Of a DNA stretch of 64,000 bases, positions 9,377 through 19,247 are shown piece by piece. The first letter of the stretch is position 1; each line of letters begins with the position of its first letter. The notes under the pieces are model-generated. The model ran no database searches. It was not told the DNA's origin and was given only the letters and a program-made list of their open reading frames with translations. The DNA lies in NCBI GenBank assembly GCA_965372795.1, contig CBDVDR010000013.1, forward strand, positions 1 through 64,000, written 5' to 3'. The translations under genes were made by a program, and so were the position numbers. This DNA is from an uncultured bacterium (GTDB lineage Bacteria > Zixibacteria > MSB-5A5 > GN15 > FEB-12).

Positions 9377-9407
9377 AAAAGGCAGGTCTTTTAAAGACCT
9401 GCCTTAC
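9377..9407 (-). terminator. REP-derived hairpin / terminator after the M14 operon
   Basis: GGCAGGTCT/AGACCTGCC stem with U-tract on the minus strand; same arms as the REP at 4762. Confidence 0.65.
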
Positions 9408-9466
9408 ACACTTCGTGTGATTTATTATAAAATCAAAAATATAGAAATTCTGATTTAATCCTAAAA

Positions 9467-11203
9467 TCAAATATCAATCGTGATGGATTTGTTTTTGGCT
9501 TTGACGGCATCGTAATTTATTGTGATTTTGCCTTTGCCCTTAACTATCCATTGCACTTCGCGAGTTCCGAATGATCCAATCGAAGTAAATATTTTGTCCG
9601 GTCGATGTTCGATATTTGAAACCCGATCAAAAACCAGATCGTTTACTATCCCGCCCGAGACAACTTCAAGTCCGTTTCCTTTGATACTGAACACATCTTT
9701 ACGATAGATACTTTTCCGAAGAGCGTTACTTGAAAGGGTCGGCAGTGCATGAGGGTTATACGCCCGCACCCGAACCCGTTTGAGACCGTCACCGATATCT
9801 TTTACATCAATCAGCGAGAGTTCAATATCAGGGGCATGCTCAGCAGTAAAGATTACCAGCGATGCGTTGCGATGAACCATTTCCTGAATCAAGAATGTTG
9901 GCGGGATACGGGTTGTAAAGGTTCTCCAACCGCCAATTTCAATTTCACCTAATTGCGGATGGTCAAACTTTTTCCATTCGGTAAACATCGCCCCTTGATT
10001 GACATGGTCGTTAAATTTCTGTTTTTCGATTTCTTCGGTATCGCCAAACCAGTCAACTTCCTCATCATCGTCGCCATCTTTTTTTGGTTTGCTGTATTTT
10101 TCCTGTTCGCTCATAAACAGTTCGCCGACAAACCCGAAGATACCGAGATTTGAAAACATGAATTCATCAAAATCACCGTGGGTGGTATACATATCCTGAC
10201 CACCGATGATATATTTATAACCGGGGATAATTTTTTCGCCTTCTTTTCCAAAATAATCATACACTTTGATATCACTCTGGGGATACATCCCGGCAAGTTT
10301 CGATCCGGGACCGCGTACAATCAGACCGCCCATATTATGGAAGGCAAAGTTAAAAGTAATATTCGGTTTGGTTATCACAAAATTTGCAATCGCATTGTTG
10401 GGATTGGCAGACATCGGAAAATCGCCGGACCCGCTTTGCACATAAGGGGGCTGCCATTTAAAACCGTAGTTGCGGTTCATGTCAAGATAACCGATGCCAT
10501 CTTCATTGATTTCGCCATCATCATCGTTGTCGATACCTTCGCTTCCCAGTCTTCTCCATTCGCCTTTTTCCCACGGTTTGGTTCTGACCATAACCCGCGG
10601 ATCATCCGGATGAGTTTTCCATCCGCCAAACGGATCACGGATACGCATCCTTAGAATTTCGCCGTCACCATCGATATCCTCCGGTGGGTCTTCATCAGCA
10701 CGGCCATCGTTGTCATCATCATAAGGCACAATAGCTGATCGACCTATGCCATATCCTCCGGGTTCGGTAAAGAACCGCCAGCGACTGTCAACATTGACAA
10801 CCGGAATGATATAGAATGCTTTGGTATCGATGATCTTGGTGATCTTTTCATTTGTTCCATAGTTATTCAACATATATGAAGCTAAATACAAGCATACTTC
10901 AGTTGCCTGAACTTCGTTGCCATGAATGGTACCATCAACATAGATACCGGGTTTTTCAAGATCGCTACCTGTTTTTGGATTATTGATCGTGAAGAGCCAT
11001 ATATCGCGACCCTCTTCGGATTTTCCAATAGATTCCAATTTGGTTAAATTGGGAAAAGCTTTGTTCAAAGTTTCAAGAGCATCCATAACTGCCGGACCAT
11101 CATAATAATGATCAAAGGTTAGTTTTGAATCAGATGCAAAGCCAGCCGTTGCAACCAACAGAAGGAACAACGCAGACATTGTCAAAATTTTCAGAAGTCT
11201 CAT
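9467..11203 (-). CDS. Secreted M14 zinc carboxypeptidase
   Basis: Signal peptide; IHGNE (HxxE), DMNRNY, FAFHN zinc and substrate motifs; DxDxDG loops. Confidence 0.88.
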   Translation of the reverse strand: MRLLKILTMSALFLLLVATAGFASDSKLTFDHYYDGPAVMDALETLNKAFPNLTKLESIGKSEEGRDIWLFTINNPKTGSDLEKPGIYVDGTIHGNEVQATEVCLYLASYMLNNYGTNEKITKIIDTKAFYIIPVVNVDSRWRFFTEPGGYGIGRSAIVPYDDDNDGRADEDPPEDIDGDGEILRMRIRDPFGGWKTHPDDPRVMVRTKPWEKGEWRRLGSEGIDNDDDGEINEDGIGYLDMNRNYGFKWQPPYVQSGSGDFPMSANPNNAIANFVITKPNITFNFAFHNMGGLIVRGPGSKLAGMYPQSDIKVYDYFGKEGEKIIPGYKYIIGGQDMYTTHGDFDEFMFSNLGIFGFVGELFMSEQEKYSKPKKDGDDDEEVDWFGDTEEIEKQKFNDHVNQGAMFTEWKKFDHPQLGEIEIGGWRTFTTRIPPTFLIQEMVHRNASLVIFTAEHAPDIELSLIDVKDIGDGLKRVRVRAYNPHALPTLSSNALRKSIYRKDVFSIKGNGLEVVSGGIVNDLVFDRVSNIEHRPDKIFTSIGSFGTREVQWIVKGKGKITINYDAVKAKNKSITIDI

Positions 11204-13206
11204 TTTGCACCTCCTTCGTTGAGCGTGATCGACTGTTTATCTTTTCCAGCAGATAAAGTAGAAGTTTCCAAAATAACTTTATTTCCTTTGGGAGCCTGAA
11301 TCAGCCATGAGAATTTTTGTACACCGCTGGTGCCGTCAAGAAGTCTGATAGTTTCCTGTTTTTTACCTTCAAGGAGTGTCATGCCATCACCGGAGAGCGT
11401 CACAATAACCGGTGAGGGTCGTTGACAGCGTTTCCCCTGATGAGTTGGATATGGCAGAAAACCATTATTGCCAATCCATACATCCAGTTTCCAGATATCG
11501 GAACCGGTTTGTTTAACTTCAACTTTTTCAATTTTAATTTCAGGAAGCATTCCGACTAATTCTTTTATAAACGGAAGTTGTTTTTCTATCAAAGTTTCAA
11601 CTTGATCGTCCGGAGGAGTTAGATTTGCAAAAGGAATCTGTCCGCCGATTTCCACTTTGCCTAAGGTAGGATGATCGTATGCGGTCCATTGGAGAAACGA
11701 GCCTGGTTTTATTGCAAATAGAGCTTCATCTTTTTTATCAGGTCCGCCTTCGTCATCATCCTTTTTAGATTTACCGATGAACTTAGCCATTTCCTTAGTG
11801 TCCATCCTACCGCCCTTGAGTCCTCTGATAACCATAGCGGCAGTGTACATCTTGGGGGCTTCATGATCTATTAAGAACTTGGCTATTTTTTCTTCACCTA
11901 ATTCAATAAACTGTTCGCTGGTCATATTCTTTAGGGAATCGAGTGAGATAAAAGTCGAGTCGGTATTTTTCTCTTCTTTTTCAGGTTCCGGCAGAGTCCA
12001 GAAATCTAAACTAAAGGTTGGTACTCCGAACTGATAGTACGCCCATTCTTCAACTGAGCCGGATGGAAATGATGGCGGGTCGAGGCGTTTGTCTTTCAGT
12101 TCAGCATCTTCGATAAATTTGTTATATTTCTCGCTGATTTCATCCCAATAGGTCAGGTCACCTTTATCAGGATTTACCGCAGCGCCAACGCCGAGCCATT
12201 GAAGCAGCATATCTTCAGATAATTCTTTATAGCCGGTGTAGTCGCGAGCAAGTTCCAGCAGATCTTTGATTGGATATTCTTTATCTTTATCAAGCCCCAT
12301 GCGGTTTGCCCAGCGTTCGGGTACTTTATATTTATCAAAAGCGGATTCGGATTTCCTTGAGCTTTGCGGTACTTCTTTTAAAGTATTGGTTCGGCTGAAA
12401 CTGATTATCATTGCAATTTCAGGATGATCAAAAGCAAATTCTAAAATAGCCCGTGATTCAGCTTCACTTGCCGCCCATAGACCATCGGACTTGGTATGAT
12501 GCTGGAAATCATGGGGGAAATTATGGCCGGGGTTGACTCCGCCACGTCCGTCTTCATTGATTTTTCCATCACCATCATTATCTATACCTTCGGTGAACAA
12601 TCGATACATCCCTTTTTCACCTTTGGCGTTATCAGCCTTTCTGAGCAAAAGCGGATTTGAGGAAACTTCAACCCATTTTCCTTCCGGATGCACTTGACGC
12701 ATCTTTGTAATAAAGCCGTCTTTGTTCAGATCTTCAGGACCGTCTTCGTTGGAAGCGTCATCTTTATCATCATTAAATGATTTATCGTTTCTAAAATTTG
12801 CATAGAGAGGTTTACTAAAAAATGAAGCATATCCATCGGGATTCCCGCATGGGAAAATATAAAACCGATTTGATTTAAGAAGATCACTCCAGTCGTCAAC
12901 GAGATGATTAACAAGCGAGAGAGCAGCTTCAGTTGCCATTGGGTAGTTTCCTTCCATATTGGCAATCACCATAATGGCGGGAAGGTTTTTATTTTCTCCC
13001 AATTCAATCATCTGAAAATTTCTGTTACCGGGAGTTTTGGCAAGATTGTGAAGTGTTGCTGTTTTGTTTTGACTTGCAATCTCCTGAAGAACTTTATCAA
13101 CAGCTTTTGGAGAGTTGTAATTGTACTCCTTGGCACTTTCACTTGATAAAACATTCATTGTCATTAACAATGCCAGTGTAAAAAAGATGAAAATCTGTTT
13201 TTTCAT
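11200..13206 (-). CDS. Secreted M14 carboxypeptidase homologue, probably non-catalytic
   Basis: Paralogous layout (NPDG, EDLNKDG, EGIDNDGDG, HPTLGKVEIGG) but zinc ligands replaced; ATG at 13206 has a GGAGG RBS. Confidence 0.8.
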   Translation of the reverse strand: MKKQIFIFFTLALLMTMNVLSSESAKEYNYNSPKAVDKVLQEIASQNKTATLHNLAKTPGNRNFQMIELGENKNLPAIMVIANMEGNYPMATEAALSLVNHLVDDWSDLLKSNRFYIFPCGNPDGYASFFSKPLYANFRNDKSFNDDKDDASNEDGPEDLNKDGFITKMRQVHPEGKWVEVSSNPLLLRKADNAKGEKGMYRLFTEGIDNDGDGKINEDGRGGVNPGHNFPHDFQHHTKSDGLWAASEAESRAILEFAFDHPEIAMIISFSRTNTLKEVPQSSRKSESAFDKYKVPERWANRMGLDKDKEYPIKDLLELARDYTGYKELSEDMLLQWLGVGAAVNPDKGDLTYWDEISEKYNKFIEDAELKDKRLDPPSFPSGSVEEWAYYQFGVPTFSLDFWTLPEPEKEEKNTDSTFISLDSLKNMTSEQFIELGEEKIAKFLIDHEAPKMYTAAMVIRGLKGGRMDTKEMAKFIGKSKKDDDEGGPDKKDEALFAIKPGSFLQWTAYDHPTLGKVEIGGQIPFANLTPPDDQVETLIEKQLPFIKELVGMLPEIKIEKVEVKQTGSDIWKLDVWIGNNGFLPYPTHQGKRCQRPSPVIVTLSGDGMTLLEGKKQETIRLLDGTSGVQKFSWLIQAPKGNKVILETSTLSAGKDKQSITLNEGGAK

Positions 13207-13435
13207 TTGATCCTCCAGCAAGGGGTAAAGAAGGCACGATTCAATTTCTACAAAATAGATCAGAAAAATTAACTTATAATAATAGAATTATCAAGCGATT
13301 TTCAAAAAGTAAACAAAATTTAAAAATCATATTTATTCTAAAAATGGATAAAATAATTACTTTTCCTGTTTGAAATCTTGAGTCTTTTAGCATAAATTAG
13401 CTTCAATTAAATTTTTATTAATTAAAAGGTTCAAA

Positions 13436-14869
13436 ATGTCATTTAAAATAATTGTTCTGGCGGCTTATGCTCTTACTATCGTTGCCGTTGGTATTGCAGG
13501 ATTTCGTAAAACTCATTCATTTTCTGATTTCTTCTTAGGGGGCGGAAAAGTTGGTCCCTGGATGTCAGCCTTTACATACGGTACCGCTTATTTTTCAGCT
13601 GTTCTGTTTATCGGTTTTGCCGGAAAGATCGGCTGGGGATTTGGTTATTCCGGTCTATGGGTAGCCCTTGGCAATACATTAATAGGGGTACTGGGAGTTT
13701 GGTGGTTTTTAGGATATCGTATAAAAAAGATGTCGGTTGATTATGGTGTTCATACAATATCTGAGTTTTTAGACAAACGATACAATAGCCCGTTTTTGAA
13801 AATTTTCGCATCAATCTGTATTTTTGTTTTCTTCATCCCCTATACAGCGGCAGTATTTATGGGACTTTCATATCTGTTCCGCTCAACCTTCGGAATTGAT
13901 TATACACTGGCATTAGTTTTGATGGGCAGTTTTACCGCTATATATCTGGTTTTAGGCGGCTACAAGTCGATGACTATTATTGATATGATTTTTGGGGTGA
14001 TAATGTTAGTTGGAGTCGGTACGCTGCTTGTCTCGGTACTAAACAAAGGGGGCGGTTTAGGAAACATCACCGAAGGTATTGCGGCAATTGATCCAAAACT
14101 CGTGGCACCGATTGGTCCGCCGGGATGGTGGCCCTTATTTTCACTTGTCTTTTTAACCAGTGTGGCACCGATGGCGATGCCTCAATTGGTGCAAAAATTT
14201 TATGCTATTAAAGATAAGCGTTCAATTAGAATCGGTATGATTGCCTCTACTGCTTTTGCATTCATAATAACCGGTATCGGTTATTTTACCGGAGCGACAA
14301 CGAGGTTCTTTTTAAATCCTGAGACAACTCCGATAGCGTTTGATAATGGCAAACCGATCTTTGATGCTCTTATGCCGGAACTATTGACGAATATTATTCC
14401 CGAAGGGTTATCAATATTGATTCTTCTTCTGATTTTATCAGCCTCGATGTCAACGCTGGCAGCTTTAATTCTTATTGCAAGTTCTACTTTAGCAAAAGAT
14501 TTATATGCCGGTTTTATCAACCGATCCGTGTCGGATAAAAAGCTGACGATGCTTATGCGTTATTGCAGTACTTTTATTGTTATTTTAGCAATAATCTTAG
14601 CCTACTATCGCCCATCTACGATTGTCAGTATTCTTGGTATCTCGTGGGGTGCGATAGGAGCTGTTTTTCTGGGTCCTTTTATCTGGGGATTATTTTCCAA
14701 GCGGATGAATAAATTGGGGGCAATTGTATCATCGTTAACAGGTCTGACGGTTTGTTTATTGCTTTATGCTCAAGGGACTCCCTCACCGCAGGCAGGAACA
14801 ATCGGGATGATCCTTTCATTGGTTTTGAATCCGGTAGTAAGCTATTTAACCCCATCATATAAAAATTAG
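13436..14869 (+). CDS. Sodium:solute symporter (PutP/PanF family)
   Basis: DFFLGG, about 13 TM segments, MPQLVQKFYA and SASMST motifs. Confidence 0.88.
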   Translation: MSFKIIVLAAYALTIVAVGIAGFRKTHSFSDFFLGGGKVGPWMSAFTYGTAYFSAVLFIGFAGKIGWGFGYSGLWVALGNTLIGVLGVWWFLGYRIKKMSVDYGVHTISEFLDKRYNSPFLKIFASICIFVFFIPYTAAVFMGLSYLFRSTFGIDYTLALVLMGSFTAIYLVLGGYKSMTIIDMIFGVIMLVGVGTLLVSVLNKGGGLGNITEGIAAIDPKLVAPIGPPGWWPLFSLVFLTSVAPMAMPQLVQKFYAIKDKRSIRIGMIASTAFAFIITGIGYFTGATTRFFLNPETTPIAFDNGKPIFDALMPELLTNIIPEGLSILILLLILSASMSTLAALILIASSTLAKDLYAGFINRSVSDKKLTMLMRYCSTFIVILAIILAYYRPSTIVSILGISWGAIGAVFLGPFIWGLFSKRMNKLGAIVSSLTGLTVCLLLYAQGTPSPQAGTIGMILSLVLNPVVSYLTPSYKN

Positions 14870-14882
14870 AAAGTTTTAGCAA

Positions 14883-16175
14883 ATGACACGATCAAAACTA
14901 ATATTTCTCTTAGCACTGCTTATTTTGGTCAGCAATGTTACCGGTAAACAAATTAGTGATAAGCTGTCAATCGATTTTTCCGAACGATTTCGATATGTAT
15001 ATTGGGATAATGCCATTGATCTTTCAGATTACTATGATAATGAGAATAAATTTACCCGTTATAGAACATCAATCGGCAGTTTATGGCAGCCAAATGATAA
15101 GATTGATTTCCGATTAAAAATCACTAACGAATTTCGTCATTATTATAAACCGGATAATAAATATAATGGGATTGATGAATTTATTTTTGATCAACTATAT
15201 CTGAAATTTAAAAAAATATTTAATTACCCTGTCTCCCTAACAATTGGTCGTCAGAATATTATTCTGGGTGAAGGATTTATAATGATGGATGGTGGTCCGC
15301 TTGATGGCTCGCGTTCGATATATTTTAACGCTATCAGGCTCGACTGGGCAATAAATAAATACAATCAAATAACAGCTTTTTATACTAATCAACAGGAAAC
15401 TGATGAACTGTTTCCGATTATAAATGATCAGAATAAAAAATTAGTTAGTGCGCATGATGAAGGGTTTGGGATAAATTATACATCTAAGTTTTATAACAAT
15501 TTGTTAGATATTTATTTTATTCGTAAAAATTATATTTATGATAGAGATGATTTTAAATTCAATATTAACGCACTTGGTTTAAGATTAAAATATAATCTCT
15601 CTAAAAATCTGATCTACACAATTGAAGGAAATTTTCAAACCGGGCGTATAGGAACAATTAACCGAAATGCATTTGGTGGATATACTTATCTTAATTTCAA
15701 ACCGAAATATAAAAAACAATATTTCTTTTTGCCTTACTATATTGAGATTGGTGGCATTTATCTTAGCGGTGATGATCGTTCTACTGATAAAAGGGAAGGG
15801 TGGGATCCGATGTTTGCGCGGTGGCCCAAGTGGAGCGAATCATATATCTATACTCTTGGTATGGAGGAGGGTATAGCTTATTGGACAAATTTAAAATCTA
15901 TTTTCACTAAACTTGATTTTAGATTAAATGATAATATAAATTTCACTTTCGACTATCACCATCTGATGGCATCACAAAAGCCTATCAATCCTATTTTAAA
16001 TCTCGGAGGAGATGGGTCAACCCGAGGTGATCTGTTTATTAGTAAATTAACTTACAAACTCGATAATAGTTGGTCCGGGCATATTCTTTGGGAAGGATTT
16101 ATACCGGGAAACAGCTATTTTGATGAAGCTGACAGATATAACTGGCTTCGGATGGAGTTTATGTATCGATATTGA
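14883..16175 (+). CDS. Outer-membrane beta-barrel, alginate-export family
   Basis: Signal peptide, LTIGRQNIILGEG, YLSGDD, aromatic C-terminal residue. Confidence 0.7.
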   Translation: MTRSKLIFLLALLILVSNVTGKQISDKLSIDFSERFRYVYWDNAIDLSDYYDNENKFTRYRTSIGSLWQPNDKIDFRLKITNEFRHYYKPDNKYNGIDEFIFDQLYLKFKKIFNYPVSLTIGRQNIILGEGFIMMDGGPLDGSRSIYFNAIRLDWAINKYNQITAFYTNQQETDELFPIINDQNKKLVSAHDEGFGINYTSKFYNNLLDIYFIRKNYIYDRDDFKFNINALGLRLKYNLSKNLIYTIEGNFQTGRIGTINRNAFGGYTYLNFKPKYKKQYFFLPYYIEIGGIYLSGDDRSTDKREGWDPMFARWPKWSESYIYTLGMEEGIAYWTNLKSIFTKLDFRLNDNINFTFDYHHLMASQKPINPILNLGGDGSTRGDLFISKLTYKLDNSWSGHILWEGFIPGNSYFDEADRYNWLRMEFMYRY

Positions 16176-16571
16176 TAGTTAGCAATATTCTTAAAATATG
16201 GAATTCAATTTCAGCAAATAAACCAAGACTAAAGTAGACCTAAATGGGAAAAGATTTCCTCAAAAGCCCGAATACAAATGGTATATTGTTGTTTTTCTTA
16301 GCCTTACGGTGATTATTTCAGTATTATTATATAAAATAAAGATTGTAAAATAGTTAATTTAGTTGTGGACAAACATTTAATAAGTGTTATATTTTTCATG
16401 AGAAAATTGGTTTCCGTCAATTGGTTTTGTCAAGACATTGTTCACCTAAACAAATCATGTATAAGCTGAATCTCGGGACCGTAGCGCAATTATGCGCAAG
16501 AACAGGTTTACCCAAACAAGTCAACCTATAAAATTAAGTTAATTGTTTGGTTAGACAAATTGGAGTTTAGA

Positions 16572-16901
16572 ATGAATATCTATGTAGGTAACATGTCTTA
16601 CGATTTGACAGAAGACTCATTGCGAGAAGCTTTTGAAGGTTTCGGTGAAGTCTCAAGTGTAAACATCATCATGGACCGAGACAGCGGAAGACCTAAAGGT
16701 TTTGGATTTGTCGAAATGGCAAATGACACTGAAGCTTCGGCAGCTATCGAAGGTCTTAATGGTAAAGAATACAACGGCAGACAGCTTAATGTAAATGAAG
16801 CTCGCCCAAAAAATAATGATCGTGGCGGTCGTGGCGGCGGCGGTGGCGGCGGACGCGGCGGCGGCGGCGGCGGACGTGGCGGTTACGGTAATCGTTACTA
16901 A
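16572..16901 (+). CDS. RRM RNA-binding protein with Gly-rich tail
   Basis: RNP2 IYVGNM, RNP1 [18 protein letters not shown]-repeat tail; ATG at 16572 follows GGAG. Confidence 0.93.
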   Translation: MNIYVGNMSYDLTEDSLREAFEGFGEVSSVNIIMDRDSGRPKGFGFVEMANDTEASAAIEGLNGKEYNGRQLNVNEARPKNNDRGGRGGGGGGGRGGGGGGRGGYGNRY

Positions 16902-16930
16902 AATTATTTCTTTATAATCATAAAGAATAT

Positions 16931-16965
16931 AAAAAAAGACCCGTTTTTTAACGGGTCTTTTTTTT
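16931..16965. terminator. Bidirectional intrinsic terminator
   Basis: A7-GACCCGTT...AACGGGTC-T8 between convergent genes. Confidence 0.85.
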
Positions 16966-16982
16966 GTAAACTTTATTAGAAG

Positions 16983-17894
16983 TTACATATCCATGTCACC
17001 GGTATATTGATCAGAATGTTTTGGATCCACTCTTAAACGATACTGTGATGCCCAAGCTTTCATTCCAGCTTCAGCATAAGGAGCAGCATCTTCTGCATAA
17101 ATAAGATTATTATCTTCCACACCATTGAGCCAGTAATAGGTCCAGGCACCCTGACTTAAATCAGGTGCATCATAGGAATCTTTCCTATTTGAAGCGGTAG
17201 CCATGTAGGTACCTGCTTCTACGTCTTGATGGAAATCACCAATAACACAGGCATCTATGGTTACTAATTTTTTGGTACAATTAGCTGCGTTAAAGTATGA
17301 CATCACATATCCATGAGTAACATAGTAAAGGTCAGCAGAAACTAAAGCTGAGCCTTGAGATGATTTTCCGCCATGTCCTGAATAACAGAAAGCGATTTCA
17401 TCGCCAGGATCTGCATTGTCAATCAACCATTGCAGTCCGGAAGTAATAGCATCACCGGTAGCCTGCAGATCTAAATCCATTTTCACTGTGAAGCCTTCAC
17501 CCATGAACCATGATTTCATAGCTCTGGCATCATCATCACAATAGGTTAGGTCATTGGCAGTACCTTCATAATTCGAAATCCCAACTATGTAAACATATTT
17601 GTGGGCTGGGTTTGGATTAGGATCACCGGCAGTTGTTGTGTCATCCGGTGGTGGTTTTATAGGTTTTTTTTCGGCACTATAAAACGGTACATCTTTCTTT
17701 TTCATAGTAAATTTCTCAATCACATCCAATGGGCGGACATCGACAAAGTTCGGACGCTGCACTAATGGAGACGAATGATCGATCTTAAATAGTGCGGTGT
17801 GATCGAGATTCGATTGAGTTGGCGGTGCATCACTGCAACCGAAAACGAAGGTTAGTAAGGCTGCGACAAACATGAGGGTAAGCAGCTTTTTCAT
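16983..17894 (-). CDS. Caspase-family (C14) peptidase, lipoprotein
   Basis: Lipobox VFGC; VGISNY...LTYCDDDA, YSGHG and DAC catalytic dyad motifs. Confidence 0.82.
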   Translation of the reverse strand: MKKLLTLMFVAALLTFVFGCSDAPPTQSNLDHTALFKIDHSSPLVQRPNFVDVRPLDVIEKFTMKKKDVPFYSAEKKPIKPPPDDTTTAGDPNPNPAHKYVYIVGISNYEGTANDLTYCDDDARAMKSWFMGEGFTVKMDLDLQATGDAITSGLQWLIDNADPGDEIAFCYSGHGGKSSQGSALVSADLYYVTHGYVMSYFNAANCTKKLVTIDACVIGDFHQDVEAGTYMATASNRKDSYDAPDLSQGAWTYYWLNGVEDNNLIYAEDAAPYAEAGMKAWASQYRLRVDPKHSDQYTGDMDM

Positions 17895-18107
17895 AGATCC
17901 TCCTAAAGGTGAGGGTTAAGGATTTTGAGAATACCCCTTAAACTATACATATAGATATTGTTGTCAACAATAAATATAGATATATTTTAGCATTATTAAT
18001 CACATTAACATTTTTATAAGTTCTTTAGAATATCAGTGATATAGTATAGTTGAATTAAAAAAGAACAGCCCATATGGCTGTTCTTTATAAATTGAATATT
18101 AGCAGGA

Positions 18108-18683
18108 TTAAAATGTTAGTCCGCCTCGAAGTAAAAAGCCGGGACCAAATGACATTTCAAAATCGTCATTACCACCTCCGGCAGAACCGCCTAATAATTG
18201 TATTTCAGCAAGGTAGGTTTTTCCATTTGATTGAACAAAATGAACTTCAAAGATGCCTCTTAGCATTAGATAACTTGAACCATCAATATAATCACCTACT
18301 GATCCAACGGTTCCATACCCAAAACCGATACCCGGCTTAAAAATCATTTTACCGGTAGCATTAACAAACATCGCTTTTAGAGTGACATTGAAATCAATTA
18401 GGCTTGTACCTTCCTCATATACTCCAAGGGTACTAATATTTATTGATCCCCCGCCTAATAATCTTTCACCTAACTGAGTATCAACGAAACCTCCGATACT
18501 GAAACCGAGATCGGTATCAAATTCTCCATAACTAAAATCTGTAATATAGTATGTTCCGGGACTGTACAATCCGCCTTTAATACCATACAAGGTGTTAGAA
18601 TTGCTCTCTTCCTGTCCAATAACACTGGAGCATAAAGCAATGATCAAAGTAATAATGACGGTTAGAAATGTTTTTTTTGACAT
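18108..18683 (-). CDS. Small outer-membrane beta-barrel protein
   Basis: Signal peptide from MSKK (GGAG RBS), YGIKGG, alternating beta pattern, C-terminal Phe. Confidence 0.65.
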   Translation of the reverse strand: MSKKTFLTVIITLIIALCSSVIGQEESNSNTLYGIKGGLYSPGTYYITDFSYGEFDTDLGFSIGGFVDTQLGERLLGGGSINISTLGVYEEGTSLIDFNVTLKAMFVNATGKMIFKPGIGFGYGTVGSVGDYIDGSSYLMLRGIFEVHFVQSNGKTYLAEIQLLGGSAGGGNDDFEMSFGPGFLLRGGLTF

Positions 18684-19212
18684 GATGTCTCCATTAATGG
18701 TTGACTCTTTAGTTATTATTAGCATTTTTTTCTATATAAAATTAATAGATTTAACTATCTGCATTATATTTTTTTAGGAAAATAAAAACAAGATTAAATT
18801 TATGATAATTGATTTTAAATATGGTCTTAATTACCCTCAAATCATTGAAAATAGATGATTTACTAAAAATTTGACCTATTATCACATAATAAATAGATTG
18901 TAAACTTTGAAAATACTATTATTTTAAATTACAGGTCAATATTGACAAAAAGGGTAATAATTGACCAGGGATATTCATATAATAATGTGATTTTCTTCAC
19001 TCAATTACAACATGGGGTATACAGAATATAGTAATGTTGCAACGGTTCAGGTAACCGCTCCAACCCGCCAGATAACCCTTTACAATAATTCCTCCACGTC
19101 GGTTAAGATGGAAGAAGTTGTGCAATTCAAAATTGCCAATCCTTATGTTCAGTATTAGAACAGACTACAATCCAACTCCGTAAAAATTAGTTCATAATTT
19201 TATTCTGATCTT

Positions 19213-19247
19213 AAAAATAACCGAGATAACAATCCCGGTTATTTTTT
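19213..19247 (-). terminator. Terminator of the respiratory operon
   Basis: AATAACCGGGAT/ATCTCGGTTATT stem on the minus strand with flanking A/T runs, immediately after the stop at 19248. Confidence 0.65.

Noticed and set aside
16821..16882. GGC trinucleotide repeat
   Set aside because: It encodes the ordinary Gly-rich tail of the RRM protein
18780..19210. AT-rich intergenic stretch with promoter-like hexamers and tiny ORFs
   Set aside because: No convincing RBS-ORF, structure or repeat; cannot support a feature
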